Numbered from the stretch's first letter, positions 1 through 20,143 are shown. The stretch: 64,000 nucleotides of DNA from Heteronotia binoei (GCF_032191835.1 NC_083242.1:558001-622000), one strand, 5' to 3'. The notes: generated by a model not told the origin, from the sequence alone. Made by a program: numbers and translations.

Positions 1-447
1 TTGCCCCTTCTGAGGGGGGGGGGTCCCTGTGCTACCCAGCTGGTTGGCTCAGCCAGGGTCCAAAGGGAGGAGCGATGTGGGGGGCCGCCCGGGGGGGGGG
101 GGGGGCTGAGGGCTCTTCTCTCTGCTGGGGAATTGCAGGGGAGGGTCTCAGATGGGCCTGCCTCAGACGCTGCAGCCAGGTGTGTGGGGGGGGGGGGGTG
201 GCCCCACTTTGGGTGGCAGGCCTGGCCCCTAAACTGGTCGAGCTGGTTTCTGCCTCTGGGAGAGGCAGCAAGATCCGGGGCCAGAGGCAGCCAAGGTCCG
301 GGAACGCCCTGCCTGGAGGGGGGGAGGGAGGCTGCCCTGAGGACTGCTCCTTGGGGCCCCTTCCCGTTTCCCCCCGACCTGAGCCCGGGGCCTCTGAGCG
401 CGTGCAGAGGGCTTGGGAAGGAAGCAGCCGCTAGCCGACGGGGCCCT

Positions 448-468
448 GGGGCGGGGCGGGGCGGGGGG
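448..468 (+). promoter_or_regulatory. Tandem GC boxes (Sp/KLF) upstream of ERN2 start
   Basis: GGGGCGGGGCGGGGCGGGGGG about 60 nt upstream of the ATG at 529, in a CpG-rich region. Confidence 0.5.
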
Positions 469-528
469 TGGCCGGTCCCTCCCTCGGCGGCCGGGAGCGA
501 AGGAGCGCGGACACCTGCTGCGCGGGGC

Positions 529-8349
<7,821 letters not shown>

Positions 8350-8395
8350 GGGAGGACACAGCCCTTCTGACCAGCCTCTCCTCCAAAGGGAGAGC

Positions 8396-8473
8396 CCAGC
8401 GGGGCTCACATCGGGGGACAGAACCGGGGGCTGCCAGCGGGGCTCACATCGGGGGACAGAACCGGGGGCTGCC
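8396..8473 (+). repeat. 38-bp direct tandem duplication in ERN2 3'UTR
   Basis: CCAGCGGGGCTCACATCGGGGGACAGAACCGGGGGCTG occurs at 8396 and 8434. Confidence 0.85.
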
Positions 8474-8507
8474 GGGACAGGCCTTCTTTTGGAACACAAT
8501 TGTGTAC

Positions 8508-8513
8508 AATAAA
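8508..8513 (+). terminator. ERN2 polyadenylation signal AATAAA
   Basis: AATAAA about 160 nt after the stop codon at 8347-8349. Confidence 0.7.
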
Positions 8514-8961
8514 AAACCAAAACCCAAAGCTTGAACTGTGGCTGCAGCCCAGGGGGCCTTCCACCCCATCCTTTGCAGTGGCAGGAGGGGAGGCCACGGA
8601 CTTTGGAGGTTGGAGAACACACACCCCCCTCAGATCCTGAACCATGGCCTCTCCACACCCCCACCCCACCTTCTAGGTGAAGGCCTGCCTGAAGAGCAAG
8701 GAGCCGTTTCTTCTTGGCCCCTTCTCCTCCACATCGAGGCAGACAGAGGGGGCAGGAGAGCTTTCCGGAGTCAAGGAGCTATCTCAAAATGTGAGCCAGG
8801 ACTCACAACAGATCATGGGGGGTTTTAGCCTTTCTGGTGCTCCTGAACTCCGGCTCTTTTCAAGCAGGCTCTGCCAGCAGCTGCCCCCCCACTCACTGCC
8901 CCCTTTCCTTTGGGGTAAAGGGCAGGGGGGAAATATTGTAGTGGAATAAGCTAATGAATGG

Positions 8962-9452
8962 GGATGAGCGGTGGCTCAGTGGTAGAGCATCTGCTTGGGA
9001 AGCAGCAGAAGATGACATTAGATTTATATTCCACCCTCCACTCAGTCTCAGAGCAGCTCACAATCACCTTTCCCTTCCTCCCCCACAACAGGCAGCCTGT
9101 GAGGTAGGTGGGGCTGAGAGAACTCTGATAGAAACTGCCCTTTCAAGGACAACTCTTGCAAGTGCCATAGCTGACCCAAGGCCATTCCAGCAGCTGCAAG
9201 TGGAGGAGTGGGGAATCAACCCGGGTCTCCCAGATAAGAGTCTGCGAAGTTAACCACTACACCAAACTGGCTCTCTTCGAAGGTCCCAGGTTCAATCCCC
9301 GGCATCTCCAACTAGAAAGAGTCCAGGCAGATAGGTGTTCCCTCAGCCGGAGACCCTGGAGAAAGTGCTGCTGCCAGTCCAAGTAGGCAAGGCTGCCTTT
9401 GATGGACCCAGGGGGGTCTGATTCAGTAGAAGGCAGCTTCAGAGGTTCATGA
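8962..9452 (+). mobile_element. tRNA-derived SINE (family B) interrupted by an antisense SINE of family A (about 9005-9277)
   Basis: Head GTGGCTCAGTGGTAGAGCATCTGCTTGGGAAGCAG stops at about 9004 and resumes at about 9278 with GAAGGTCCCAGGTTCAATCCCCGGCATCTCC. The intervening 270 bp is a reverse-oriented copy of the SINE seen at 26400 and 33320. Confidence 0.75.
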
Positions 9453-9635
9453 CTGGGGCGGAGCGGCCTCCCCAGGGACGGCACATCTCGAGGCCCTGAA
9501 GCCTGGCCAAGGAGGGCTACTTACAGCACTCTCCCCCCCTCCAGGTGTCTCTGGTCTCGAGCAAGACAAGAGTTCCCATCCAGTGTTCTTCAGGCCTGCT
9601 GACACAGATCCGCCTCCTCAGTGTACAAAATGACC

Positions 9636-9641
9636 TTTATT
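9636..9641 (-). terminator. Candidate PLK1 polyadenylation signal AATAAA
   Basis: TTTATT on the + strand about 440 nt downstream of the PLK1 stop. Confidence 0.55.
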
Positions 9642-10082
9642 TGATTCATTTTCAGTATTTAAAAGGGTAGGTGGCCATCTAAGGTTCACAGAACAAACTG
9701 GGAAGGGGGCGGCAGACGCCACAGACAGGAAGGAGAGACACCCCCCCCCCGGGGTGGGGGGGGAAGGAGGCCGCTTTCAGAGACTCACACATAAATAACT
9801 TACATGATGTGCCCCCTGCCAGCCTCTCCCACCCCCTCACACAGAAGAGGCAGTGCTGCACGCCAGGCGGCTGGGGGCATCTTCTCCACCAAAACAGGGA
9901 GAGGGGGTGGGGAGGAAGGGAAAAGAGACAGCTTTCTTGCACGTGCTTTGCCAGGAACCTGGAGGAACAGTCTGGCCGGGCTGGAACCGGCCTCGAGGCT
10001 GCTGAGTGTCAGGGCAGGAGGGGCGGGCACTGCCCCTGGATGCTTCCGGAAGCAGGAGACTGTCTTCCGTCCCGGCCGGCCT

Positions 10083-13000
10083 CTAGGCGGAAGGCTTGGT
10101 ACTGGGCGTGCCCGCCTTGGAGCTCAGCAGCTTCTCCACCATGGTGCGGGCAAAGCGCAGGCGGTTGGCCAGTTCCTTGCAGCAACCAAACTCCTCGATC
10201 AGGCTGAGTTTGTAGGTCCGGAACTCCCGCTTCTCGTTGATGTAGCTGACGGCCGCCATCAAGGGGCAGAGGATGACCTTGGTGTGGTCCTGGGGGGGGG
10301 GGGGGGGGGAGAAGGGCAGCACACACCCAAGAGAGTGAGAAGGGGTCGCTCCCTTGCCCTGGGAGGCCAAGCACTTCAATCAAACTCACAGTTCCATTAA
10401 GGACAGCTTGGGTAGGCTTACGGGAATGGGGGGGGGGGGGGAACCAGACAAGTCCAGGACTGGACCCCTGCTTACTCGGGGGCCCACGCTCCCCTCCTGC
10501 CTGATAGGGTGACCACTGGTGGGGGTGGGATGGGAGAGGTGTAGGGTGGCCAGCTGCCCCTGTCCACTGGTGGGGGTGTAGGGTTGCCAACCCCAGCTCA
10601 TAAACTCCTGGAGATTTGGGGGTGGAGACTGGGGAAGAACTCAGCGGGGCCCAGTCCCATAAAGCCCCCCCTCCAAAGCCCCCATTTTCTCTAGGGGAAC
10701 TGATCTCTGTCATTCCAGGAGAGCTCCAGGTCCTGCCTGGAGGCTGGCACCCCTAGCAGCAGCTGGAAAAGGCCTTCAGTCCCCCTGCAGGTGGTCCAAG
10801 GAAAGCAGGGCTCTCCTGCCCTCTCCCAGGAAACCCGCTTCTGAACTAGGCTTGGCCTGGGTGTTGTTCCAGCCCTGGGACAGACGGCCCTTATTGCAGC
10901 CACAACATCCCTGAGAGAGTGTGACTGGTCCAGCCAGCTTCCCAGAGATTTGCACCCGGGTGCCCCCTGATCTCAGCCCGTGGGGCTCCGGCTGCTCACC
11001 TCGAAGAAGTTGATCTGCACGGTGCCGTTGCTGAGGTGCAGGATGATGGCGCTGCGGGTGCGGAACCAGGTGCGCAGGTAGGGCAGGCGGGCCAGCTCGT
11101 CCCCCTCCCGAGGGGTGATGTTGGCGCCGGCTTTCAGCAGGTGCTCACTCATGTAGTTCCGGAAATACTCCAGCAGCGTCACCTGGGGAGACAACCGGGC
11201 CCACGTGAGTCAGGGAGGCCCAGTCAGATTTCTTCAGCAGGGGGGCGGTGGAGGGAGGCTCAGCACGCAGCCTGGGCAGATGCAGAGCTCGGGCCAAGCC
11301 TCCTCCAGGGTAGAGCTGCCTCCTCCTCTGCTCATCCCAAACCAGCGGAGGCCTCATTGCACCCCGGTGAGCCCCTGGCCTCCTCCTTTAGCTCACAGTC
11401 CTGCAACCAGCGCTCCCTTGAAACCGGGGGCCTGAGTGGCCACTCGCTAACCCCAGAAGCCCCACTCAGCAGCAGTCTGGAGCTGTGCCAGTCTTGCACA
11501 GCCCCCACTCGGAGGGAGGAAACATGGGTCCTGCCCCCTCTCCCCGCCAGGCTGACCTTCTTGCTGAAGCTGCCCGGGTAGGAGCGCACGTTGAAGTAGG
11601 ACTCAGAGCCGTTCTGCTCAATGTACTGCAGGCTGTCCCCATCGTTGTACATGATGAGGCGGGTGGAGTCGTTGAAGAGGACGCCCACGCTGTTGTCGCA
11701 CAGCTGGTAGCCTGTGGAGGGGGGGAGGGAGTGAGGGGGGGGCACGTGCTGAGGCACCACAGCTCCACAACACCCCCCACGCTGGCTGCAGCTCTCAAAT
11801 CTGCAGCTTCAAGCACTGATTCTTGGCTCTCTCAGCAGGAGAAACAGGGAAGCTTAAGCCACAGAGCCGTCCGTCCCCTCCCAGACTCTCTCCTAGAATG
11901 CGAGTGAAGCGCAGGGGCAGCAGGTCCAGGATGGACGAGGGGAAGCGCTCCCTGACACAGGCAGTGATTAGAAGGGGGCTGGATGGACTCATGGAGGAGT
12001 GACAGAAGGGAACCTCCATGTTCAGAGGCAGTCAACTCCTGAAATCCAGAGATAGGAGGCAGCACCAGGGGAAGGCCTCGGCCTCTCTGCCCTGTTGTTG
12101 GCCCTCCAGAGGAACTGGCTGGCCACTGTGTGAGACAGGAGGCTGGACTAGATGGACCCTCCCTGGTCTGACCCAGCAGGGCTCTTCTGATGTTCTTCTC
12201 AGGGGAAGGCCTCGGCCTCTCTGCCCTGTTGTTGGCCCTCCAGAGGAACTGGTTGGCCCTTGTGTGAGACAGGAGGCTGGGCTAGATGGACCCTCACTGG
12301 TCTGACCCAGCAGGGCTCTTCTGATGTTCTTCTCAGGGGAAGGCCTCGGCCTCTCTGCCCTGTGGTTGGCCCTCCAGAGGAACTGGCTGGCCCCTGTGTG
12401 AGACAGGAGGCTGGACTAGATGGACCCTCCCTGGTCTGACCCAGCAGGGCTCTTCTGATGTTCTTCTCAGGGGAAGGCCTCGGCCTCTCTGCCCTGTTGT
12501 TGGCCCTCCAGAGGAACTGGCTGGCCCCTGTGTGAGGCAGGAGGCTGGACTAGATGGACCCTCCCTGGTCTGACCCAGCAGGGCTCTTCTGATGTTCTTC
12601 TCAGGGGAAGGCCTCGGCCTCTCTGCCCTGTTGTTGGCCCTCCAGAGGAACTGGCTGGCCCCTGTGTGAGACAGGAGGCTGGACTAGATGGACCCTCCCT
12701 GGTCTGACCCAGCAGGGCTCTTCTGATGTTCTTCTCAGGGGAAGGCCTCGGCCTCTCTGCCCTGTGGTTGGCCCTCCAGAGGAACTGGCTGGCCACTGTG
12801 TGAGACAGGAGGCTGGACTAGATGGACCCTCCCTGGTCTGCTCCAGCAAGGCTCTTCTGATGTTCTCCTTAGGGGAAGGCCTCAGCCTTCATGCCCTGTT
12901 GTTGGCCGTCCAGAGGAACTGGCTGGCCACTGTGTGAGGAGACTAGATGGACCCTCCCTGGTCTGACCCAGCAGGGCTCTCCTGATGTTCTCCTTAGGGG

Positions 13001-16000
13001 AAGGCCTCAGCCTCTCTGCCCTGTTGTTGGCCCTCCAGAGGAACTGGTTGGCCTCTGTGTGAGACAGGAGGCTGGACTGGATGGACCCTCCCTGGTCTGA
13101 CCCAGCAGGTCTCTTCTGATGTTCTTCTCAGGGGAAGGCCTCGGCCTCTCTGCCCTCCAGAGGAACCGGCTGGCCACTGTGTGAGGAGACTAGATGGCCC
13201 CTCCCTGGTCTGACCCAGCAGGGCTCTCCTGATGTTCTCCTTAGGGGAAGGCCTCAGCCTCTCTGCCCTGTTGTTGGCCCTCCAGAGGAACTGGTTGGCC
13301 CCTGTGTGAGACAGGAGGCTGGACTAGACGGACCCTCCCTGGTCTGATCCAACAGGGCTCTTCTCATGTTCTTATGTTCTGCTCTCCTGGGGCCAAGTTG
13401 GTTTGAGAGAAGCTCTCTGCCCAGCCAGAGACCCACCTAGGCCATACTTGTCCGAATAATCCACCCACTTGCTGACCCAGAAGATGGGGATGCAGGCTGG
13501 GTCCTCGGCCTCCTCTGGAAGAAAGGAAAGAAGCCAGCATTATTAAGAAGTGAATTGCAACTGGCTGGGTTTGACGCAAGGGTGGTGGGCTCCCCGCCCC
13601 CAGATACACACACACCTTGCCTTGCCCCTTACCTTGCCTCACAGGGATCTTCTCAGAAGGCCTGCAAGCATTCACCATGGTCAGCTGCTGCAAGAGGTCC
13701 ATCAGGAGACTGTCCACAGACTCGCCTTGCTCTCGCAGGGCCGCCTCCTCCTCCTTCTCCGGCAACTTCTCCAGCATGGGGCTGTCAGGGCCTGAGAGGG
13801 GAGAAAGCATCCGAGATGAGAAGGTGGGAGGGGAAGGAGAAGGCAAAGAAGCCCCCACCGGCAGTTGGTTGGCCCCAAACATCTCAGAGCTGCCTTCCTT
13901 TCTTGTGACTTTCAGCCTCAGTTCCCAAGTGGCTCTGTTGACATTCAAAGGCCCGCTTTATCAATGGGGAAATCTGGGGAGAGAGTCCTGGGAGGAGCTT
14001 GCAGGACTTCCCCCTGTGCTTCTACGCCTCCCCCGTCCCTTCGCAGACCCTGCAAGGCTGTGCCTTTCAGAAGGCCTGAGCCAGGCCCGCGGAGGTAGTT
14101 CTGGTTTCCCCACAGGGACTTCAGTGGGGCTGCAGCGTTCCCCCTCCCCTCCCCATGCCGCCTTCTCACCTTTGTTGACTACAGTCAGGGGCTTCCTCCC
14201 GCTGGGGTCAGGCCCGTTGGGGGCCAGGGAGAAGCGGGGCGGGACGGTGAGGCAGGTGGTGGGCAGGCGGGAAGGGATGTAGCCCGTCGAGAAGAACTCG
14301 TCGCTCAGCAGCTCCTCAATGGTTGGGCGGGTGGCCGGATCTGAGCGCAGCATTCTCCGGATCATGCTAGCAGCTATGGGGTTGATGTGCTGCAAGGCGG
14401 GGAGAATGAGCGTCTCAGAAGAGGGGGCCCCTTTTTGAACTCTACAGCCCAGGCCCCCCCATCTCAGCAGGGTCTTACCGAAGGGATGCTGTAGTCGTTG
14501 TTCTTAATCCGCAGGTAGGTTTCCTTCAGGCAGGAGGTTTCAAAGGGGGGCTTCCCGACCAGGAGGGTGTACCTGTGTGGAGAGACCACCCACGGAAACT
14601 CAAGAGGAGATGGAATGGGAGCCCCCTCCTCCAAGAGGCCTCTGGCAACTCACCCTCAAGCAAGAGACCCCCCCCCTTGAAACCTACACTCTAACTTGAA
14701 TTCGGGGCAGGGAGAGTGATGAACATAGCTGCAGCAATTTGTTGAAAGGGGAGTGGGCAGATATGGAAGCGAGGGCCCAGTCCAGCTCTTCCCAGTGTGC
14801 TTGTGTCTGCCACAGAGCAGGCTGCTACTCCAGAAAGCAGAACATGGGCTGAGCCACGAGAATTCCCTGAGCAGGTTACAAGTGGGACAAAAGAAAAGCT
14901 GCTCTGCAGAATTCAGTGTTAGACATATGAATGCCTTATACTGAATCAGACCCTCGGTCCATCAAAGCCAGTATTGTCTTCTCAGACTGGCAGCGGCTCT
15001 CCAGGGTCTCAAGCTGAGGATTTTCACACCTACTTGCCTGGACCCTTTTTGCAGATGCCAGGGATTGAACCTGGGACCTTCTGCTTACCAAGCAGATGCT
15101 CTACCACTGAGCCACCGTCCCTCCAAGGTTACCAGGAATTTTTTTTTAAGTCAAAGTTAGAACAACCTTCCTTTAAAGATGAACATTGTCATTCTATGGC
15201 AGGTTAATTGTTTATATGTTTAGCCCAGATTGAGTCTAGATTTCTTCCTGTTAATACTTCAACAGAAACTGAAGTCCGGGGGGGGGGGGGGGGAGAAGAA
15301 AACACACACATCCGGGTGCTCTTCCAGGCTGTGCAAAGGGGACAATTGGCCAAATTCTAAAACAAATATGTTTATACTCTGCATCATTCATTTACAAATG
15401 TTTCTCCTAGTCTATAAAAGTTTCAGTCTTTGTATTATACCTAATAGTTTGCTAATATCAACACTAAAGTGTGCAAATTGAGGAATTACAAGTATGTGTC
15501 GTATAAGAGTCAAATTTGTGTCTTCAACCATTCATAAAAGGGTTCTCTTCATCTCGTATTAGTCAACCCTTAAGACAAAGTGAAAGGGCGTCTGTTTCAA
15601 GGGAACTTTAGCCTTGACCGTTCTCCCTAGCTGGCCCTCATGTACAATATTCTTCACTCTCAGGCTCACGCCCCCCCCCCCCCAAGCTAGGAACGTAAAT
15701 CTCTCTCTTGGAACTCAACTTCAGCACCTGTGCAAGGCAATCCTAGAATACATTTTTTTTGGGGGGGGAAGGACTCCTCCCACCAGTCTGCAGCATCCCT
15801 CAAGACCTCCCCCCTGCCACGTACATGATGCAGCCGATGGACCACACGTCCACTTCGAAGCTGTGGCCCTTCTTGCCCAGAACCTCGGGGGCAATGTAGT
15901 TGGGGGTCCCGCACAGGGTCTTCTTCCGCTCCCCCTCGTACTCCACCTTTGTGGCCAAGCCAAAGTCACCTGGAAAGATGGCGAGAAGATGGAGGCAGCC

Positions 16001-18799
16001 CAGGGTCAGGGCTTTGCCCAAGGTGACCCCCCTCCCCCAAATAAGATACGTCGCAAAGGACTGCAAGCAGCTGAGCATGGGGAAAACAAGGAGTAAATGC
16101 AGTGCTTGTCCCCTAGCTGGGTCTAAAACTTGACTCTGGGATGCTAAAGAGAAAGACAACAATATCTTCATGGTTCCAGGTTTGTTGCTCAGGGTCACTC
16201 TTTCTTCTCCCATCCAGCGGGTTCCTGACTGCGTGCCAGTCTTCCCCCTTCAGAGTCCCCCTGGCACATCTCTAATGGCACCTGACCATCTTTTGGGGAG
16301 GCCTTCTTGTCACCAACCCCTGGAAGCTAAGCAGGGCTGACCTTGGCGAGTATTTGGATGGGAGACCTCCAAAGAATACCAGCACTCGGAGGCAGAGGCA
16401 GGCTCTGAATGTCCTCCATGCCTCACTAGGAGTTGCCGTGACTTCTGGGCATAGACACACACACAAGCAAAATAATACCCCCCCCCCGAAAAAGCACCCC
16501 CTGCCAAACAATTCATAGCGGGGGGAGACCAGAAAGCCATTTGGTCCTTTGGTGACAGGACCAAACCAAAGCCTTCTCACACAGAGTCTTGGGGGTGCCT
16601 TTGCCCCAAATTCTGCTGCTGGAATTGGGCGAGGGCTCTGTCTTTGGGCCAGATGATGTGTCAGGGTAGCACCAGCTTCATCCTGAGCCCTCCTAGACTT
16701 GAGCAGGAAACCAGGCGGCCTTTTTCCCACAACCACCTGGGACGTGCTGGCACTTCTCTACAAACCCCCCGCTGCTTCCATCCCCCCACAAGGGCCAAGA
16801 TTAGAAAAGGCCAGGCCAGAAAACACACACAAGGCGATCTTTAGATGTCATGCTGGCCTTTGATCCACCTGCTAAAAGCCCCTCGTTTACAAGTCAGGAT
16901 AAGGAAGGCATCCCGATTCTACGTCTTCTTGCAACACAGAAATTGGGAAGGAGCAAAACAGATCACAAAGGCTCACCCACTTTCTGAGGAATTTCCACCA
17001 AGAAAGAGATGCCCAGTTTCTAAAGGTTAGATAGGAGCTGCCCCCCCCCCCCCGGTGTGCAGGGCAGCAGGAGAGCCAGGCTGAGCCCCCTTACCTATCT
17101 TCACCTCCATGTCATCATTCAGGAAGAGGTTGCCCAGCTTGAGGTCGCGGTGGATGACCCGGTTGCTGTGCAGGTACTGGCAGCCCAAGATGATCTGCCG
17201 CAGGAAGTAGCGGGCCTCTGGTTCCGTCAGCGCTTTCCGGCGCTTGTGCAGTTCCAGAAGAGACTGGGGAGGAGAAACAAAGGCCGCCTTGAGCTGGCAA
17301 AGAGCGGGATCGGCTCCCCCTGGGAAGCAACCTGGCCACTCCTTCCGCTGCCCAGCTCTCTGCTTCATTTCCTGCCACTTCCAGGCTTATAGGATCATAG
17401 AGTTCAAGGGGACCTCCAGGGTCATCTAGTCCAACCCTACGCAATGCAGGGCATTCAGAACTACCTCCCCCCCAACACACACACACAGTGACCCCCTGCT
17501 CCATGCCCAGAGGATGGCGAAAACCCCTCTAGGATCTCTTCCCAAACTGACTTGGAGAAAAATCGCTTGCTGACTCCACAGTGGCGACAGACATTTCCCT
17601 GGGTGGGCAAGAAAAGGCCACAAGAACTAAGCCCTGATGCGGCCCTTCCTCATCTGCCTCATTCACAGAACCTGCATTTCTGCCAGACGGCCATCAGCCT
17701 CTTCTTGGAAAGCAGGCTCTGCACATTCCAGACACTCTAGAGAAGGGTTGTTGGTTAGCTGAACTACAGGGTATTATGCATTGTAGCCCAAATCCAATCA
17801 GGAACTGTTTCTTCTAAGCCCGGGGAAACTGCAAGCTCTGTATTGGTCAGCCTTGTGCGCGAGACGCTTTGCTCTTGTTTTTCCTGCCCCGAATGCTCTC
17901 TGGGAACAAGAAGCCAGGAGGCAAAGAGTTATAAACTAGCCATGTAGTACTTAGAGGGGAGATGCAGCATGTAATGTTTCCTTTCCCTCATGTTTCATGC
18001 TAGTAAGCTTTGTCTTTTGATAAGCAATGGCCTTTGACTCCTGTGGGCAAACTCCTCGCCTCTCATTTAAACGGATAACCCCACGCCTGTTTCGAAACCT
18101 CCAAGGAAGGAGAGCCCCCCCCACCTCCCAAGGAGGAAGCCTGTCCCAATAAGGAGCGGCTCTCACTCCCAGGAAGCTCTTCCTAACCTTGAGCCAGAAA
18201 CTAATTTCAGCCGTTGGTTCTGGTCTGTGAAGGTGCCCCTCCTTCCACTGCGTGTGTGTGTTGGGGGGGGGGGGTCCTTGGCTGCTCAGTTTCCCAGGCC
18301 TCTTTTCCCCGGCTGGGCGCTCTGCACGGGCTCAGAGACTGCGGGCTGGACGCCTTTCCCTCCCTCCCTCCGTCCGTCCCGTGGGGGGCTCACCCACCCT
18401 TCGGCGGCAGAGCTCGAGGACGACGAAGACGAAGTTGGAGTCCTCGAAGAAGCCGTGGAAGGCGACGACGTGGCGGTGCTGGAGGCTGCGGTGGATGGCG
18501 ATCTCCATGGACATCTTCTCCCGCTGGGGCGCCTTCAGCAGCAGCGTCTTGGAGACCACCTTGCCGGCGAAGACCGCCCGGCTCTCGGCGTCCGTCAGCT
18601 CGTAGCACTTGGCGAAGCCCCCCTTGCCCAGGAAGCGCCCCACCACGTACCGCCGACGGCTCCGCGGGTCCACCAGCACCTCCGGCACCTCCTTGCCGCC
18701 GCCGCCGCTCTCCCCCCGCCCCGACGAGGCCCCCGCCCGGCCCCCCACCGCCTGCGGCCCCCCCTTGCTGCCCGCCAGCGCCGTCGAGGCCGCGCTCAT
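10083..18799 (-). CDS. PLK1: Polo-like kinase 1, 10 exons, 603 aa
   Basis: Exons 18398-18799, 17095-17263, 15825-15969, 14479-14572, 14170-14389, 13633-13791, 13437-13514, 11557-11711, 11000-11182, 10083-10289; sum 1812 nt, frame intact. [21 protein letters not shown]-loop [13 protein letters not shown]-box RKPLTVVNK, polo boxes [13 protein letters not shown] and DHTK. Confidence 0.98.
12010..13380 (+). repeat. CR1 LINE 3'-end fragment with about 10 tandem copies of a 134-bp unit (PLK1 intron 7)
   Basis: GGGAAGGCCTC(G/A)GCC recurs at about 12069, 12203, 12337, 12471, 12605, 12739, 12873, 12999, 13133 and 13247. The unit contains CTGGACTAGATGGACCC and ends TGATGTTCTT; the array ends in the CR1-type tail ATGTTCTTATGTTCT. 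Confidence 0.85.
14924..15122 (-). mobile_element. tRNA-derived SINE (family B)
   Basis: Reverse complement of GTGGCTCAGTGGTAGAGCATCTGCTT...GGTTCAATCCCTGGCATCT (A and B boxes) plus the family body. Confidence 0.75.
17388..17725 (-). mobile_element. CR1 LINE 3' fragment
   Basis: Reverse complement of the CR1-type end GGTTGGACTAGATGACCCTGGAGGTCCCCTT...CTATGATCCTAT; matches the end of the + strand copy at 23300-23350. Confidence 0.65.
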
Positions 18800-19035
18800 C
18801 CTCCGCCCGCCGCCTCCCGCTGCACGATCACGCCGCCGCTCCCTGGTGCCGTCGAGGGACGGAAGGGCAGCTGCCTAGCTAGAGGGCGGGGGGGGACGCC
18901 GAGCAAGAAGGGGCGCCCGGGGGCTGCTGCTGCTGGGTGGCGTCGAGGGGCTGGGCGGGGCGGGGGCGCTGCAGGGCCGCGCAACAGGAAGGGGCGCCCG
19001 ACGGCGGCTGCTGCGCTCGGCGACCTTGCAACGAT

Positions 19036-19161
19036 TTCAAACCTGGAGCCGGGGACGTTACGGGCGCCGCTGCGCGCTCCCATTGGCCGCCAGATTTAAA
19101 ATGCGCCCCGCCCCCCCACGCCGCAAGGCACCCTGGGACCGCCTCCCCCGCCCCCTTTAAA
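19036..19161 (-). promoter_or_regulatory. PLK1 G2/M promoter: CHR TTTGAA, MYB-like GTAACGT, CCAAT box, two TTTAAA CHR variants
   Basis: On the - strand: TTTGAA at 19036-19041, GTAACGT at 19055-19061, CCAAT at 19082-19086, TTTAAA at 19095-19100 and 19156-19161, all in a CpG island upstream of the ATG at 18799. Confidence 0.7.
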
Positions 19162-19257
19162 GCGCGCGCCCCGCTCCCGGCCGCGCGCCCGCCCCGCCCT
19201 GCAGCGCCAGCAGCCGGCGCCCCTCCTCTCCACCCCCTGCAAGGTGGGCCGCTCCTC

Positions 19258-19413
19258 GGCTGCGTTCACGCACGCTGCACTGGACAATACACTTCCCATC
19301 TACTTTCAGGGCAGTTTCCAACTGGATTCGACTGTGGGAACGGGCCCGATCCAGTCGGGAACTGCAGTGAAAGTGGATTGGAAGCGCATCATGGAGTGTG
19401 TGAGATCCCAGCC
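19258..19413. mobile_element. Degenerate foldback/MITE-like element
   Basis: Ends GGCTG...CAGCC with internal arms CTTCCCATCTACTTTCAGGGCAGTTTCCAACTGGAT and ATCCAGTCGGGAACTGCAGTGAAAGTGGATTGGAAG, about 80% complementary. Confidence 0.5.
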
Positions 19414-19710
19414 TTTGTGGCCGCACCGAGCCGCTCTCCTTGCCGCAAGGACCACAGGCGGGCTGCTTGCTACAGGCCAGCCCGCCCCAGCTTCTTGGCC
19501 CTGCATTTTGCAAGGAGGGGAAACCCAACAACCCCCGGACCGCCCCCCCCCCCAGCCAGTCTGGCCGGGGACTCAGGCAGTTTCCTGCTTCACCAACTGC
19601 CTGGTTCTTTCTAGCTGCCCCTCAGCCACAATGGCCCCTCCTCCCATTTGCCCTGGCAGCGCTTCTGAAAGAAAAGAGCAGGGACTCAAAAGCCCCTTCC
19701 CACCCCCTCT

Positions 19711-20143
19711 CATAAGAACAGAAGAGAAGCCCTGTTGGATCAGGCCAGTGGCCCCTCCAGTCCAACACTCTGTGTCACACAGTGGCCAACACACACACAT
19801 ACACTGTGGCTAATAGCCACTGATGGACCTCTGCTCCATATTTTTATCCAATCCCCTCTTAAAGCTGGCTATGCTTGCAGCCGCCACCACCTCCTGTGGC
19901 AGTGAATTCCACGTGTCAATCATCCTTTGGGTGAAGAAGGACTTCCTTTTATCTGTTCTAACCTGACTGCTCAGCAATTTCATTGAGTGCCCTAGAGTTC
20001 TTGTATTGTGAGAAAGGGAGAAAAATACTTCTTTCTCTACTTTCTCCATCCCATGCATAATCTTGTAAACCTCTACCATGTCACCCTGCAGCTGACGTTT
20101 CTCCAAGCTAAAGACCCCCAAGCGTTTTAACCTTTCTTCATAG
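19711..20143 (-). mobile_element. CR1 LINE 3' end with ORF2 C-terminal remnant
   Basis: Translation YEERLKRLGVFSLEKRQLQGDMVEVYKIM...WNSLPQEVV...FKRGLD is the characteristic CR1 ORF2 terminus; tail reads CTTATG on the - strand. Confidence 0.9.

Noticed and set aside
8970-9000. tRNA gene (GGCTCAGTGGTAGAGC heads, several copies)
   Set aside because: tRNA-like A and B boxes run into SINE bodies; no complete cloverleaf or acceptor stem.
12018-13436. Repeated [24 protein letters not shown] ORFs (also at 54.3-54.9 kb)
   Set aside because: Translations of the 134-bp CR1 3'-end array; not protein-coding.
15200-15600. AT-rich block in PLK1 intron 3 (and 17750-18030 in intron 1) as a gene or ncRNA
   Set aside because: No recognisable ORF, structure, TIR or TSD; possibly TE remnants, but I cannot assign them.
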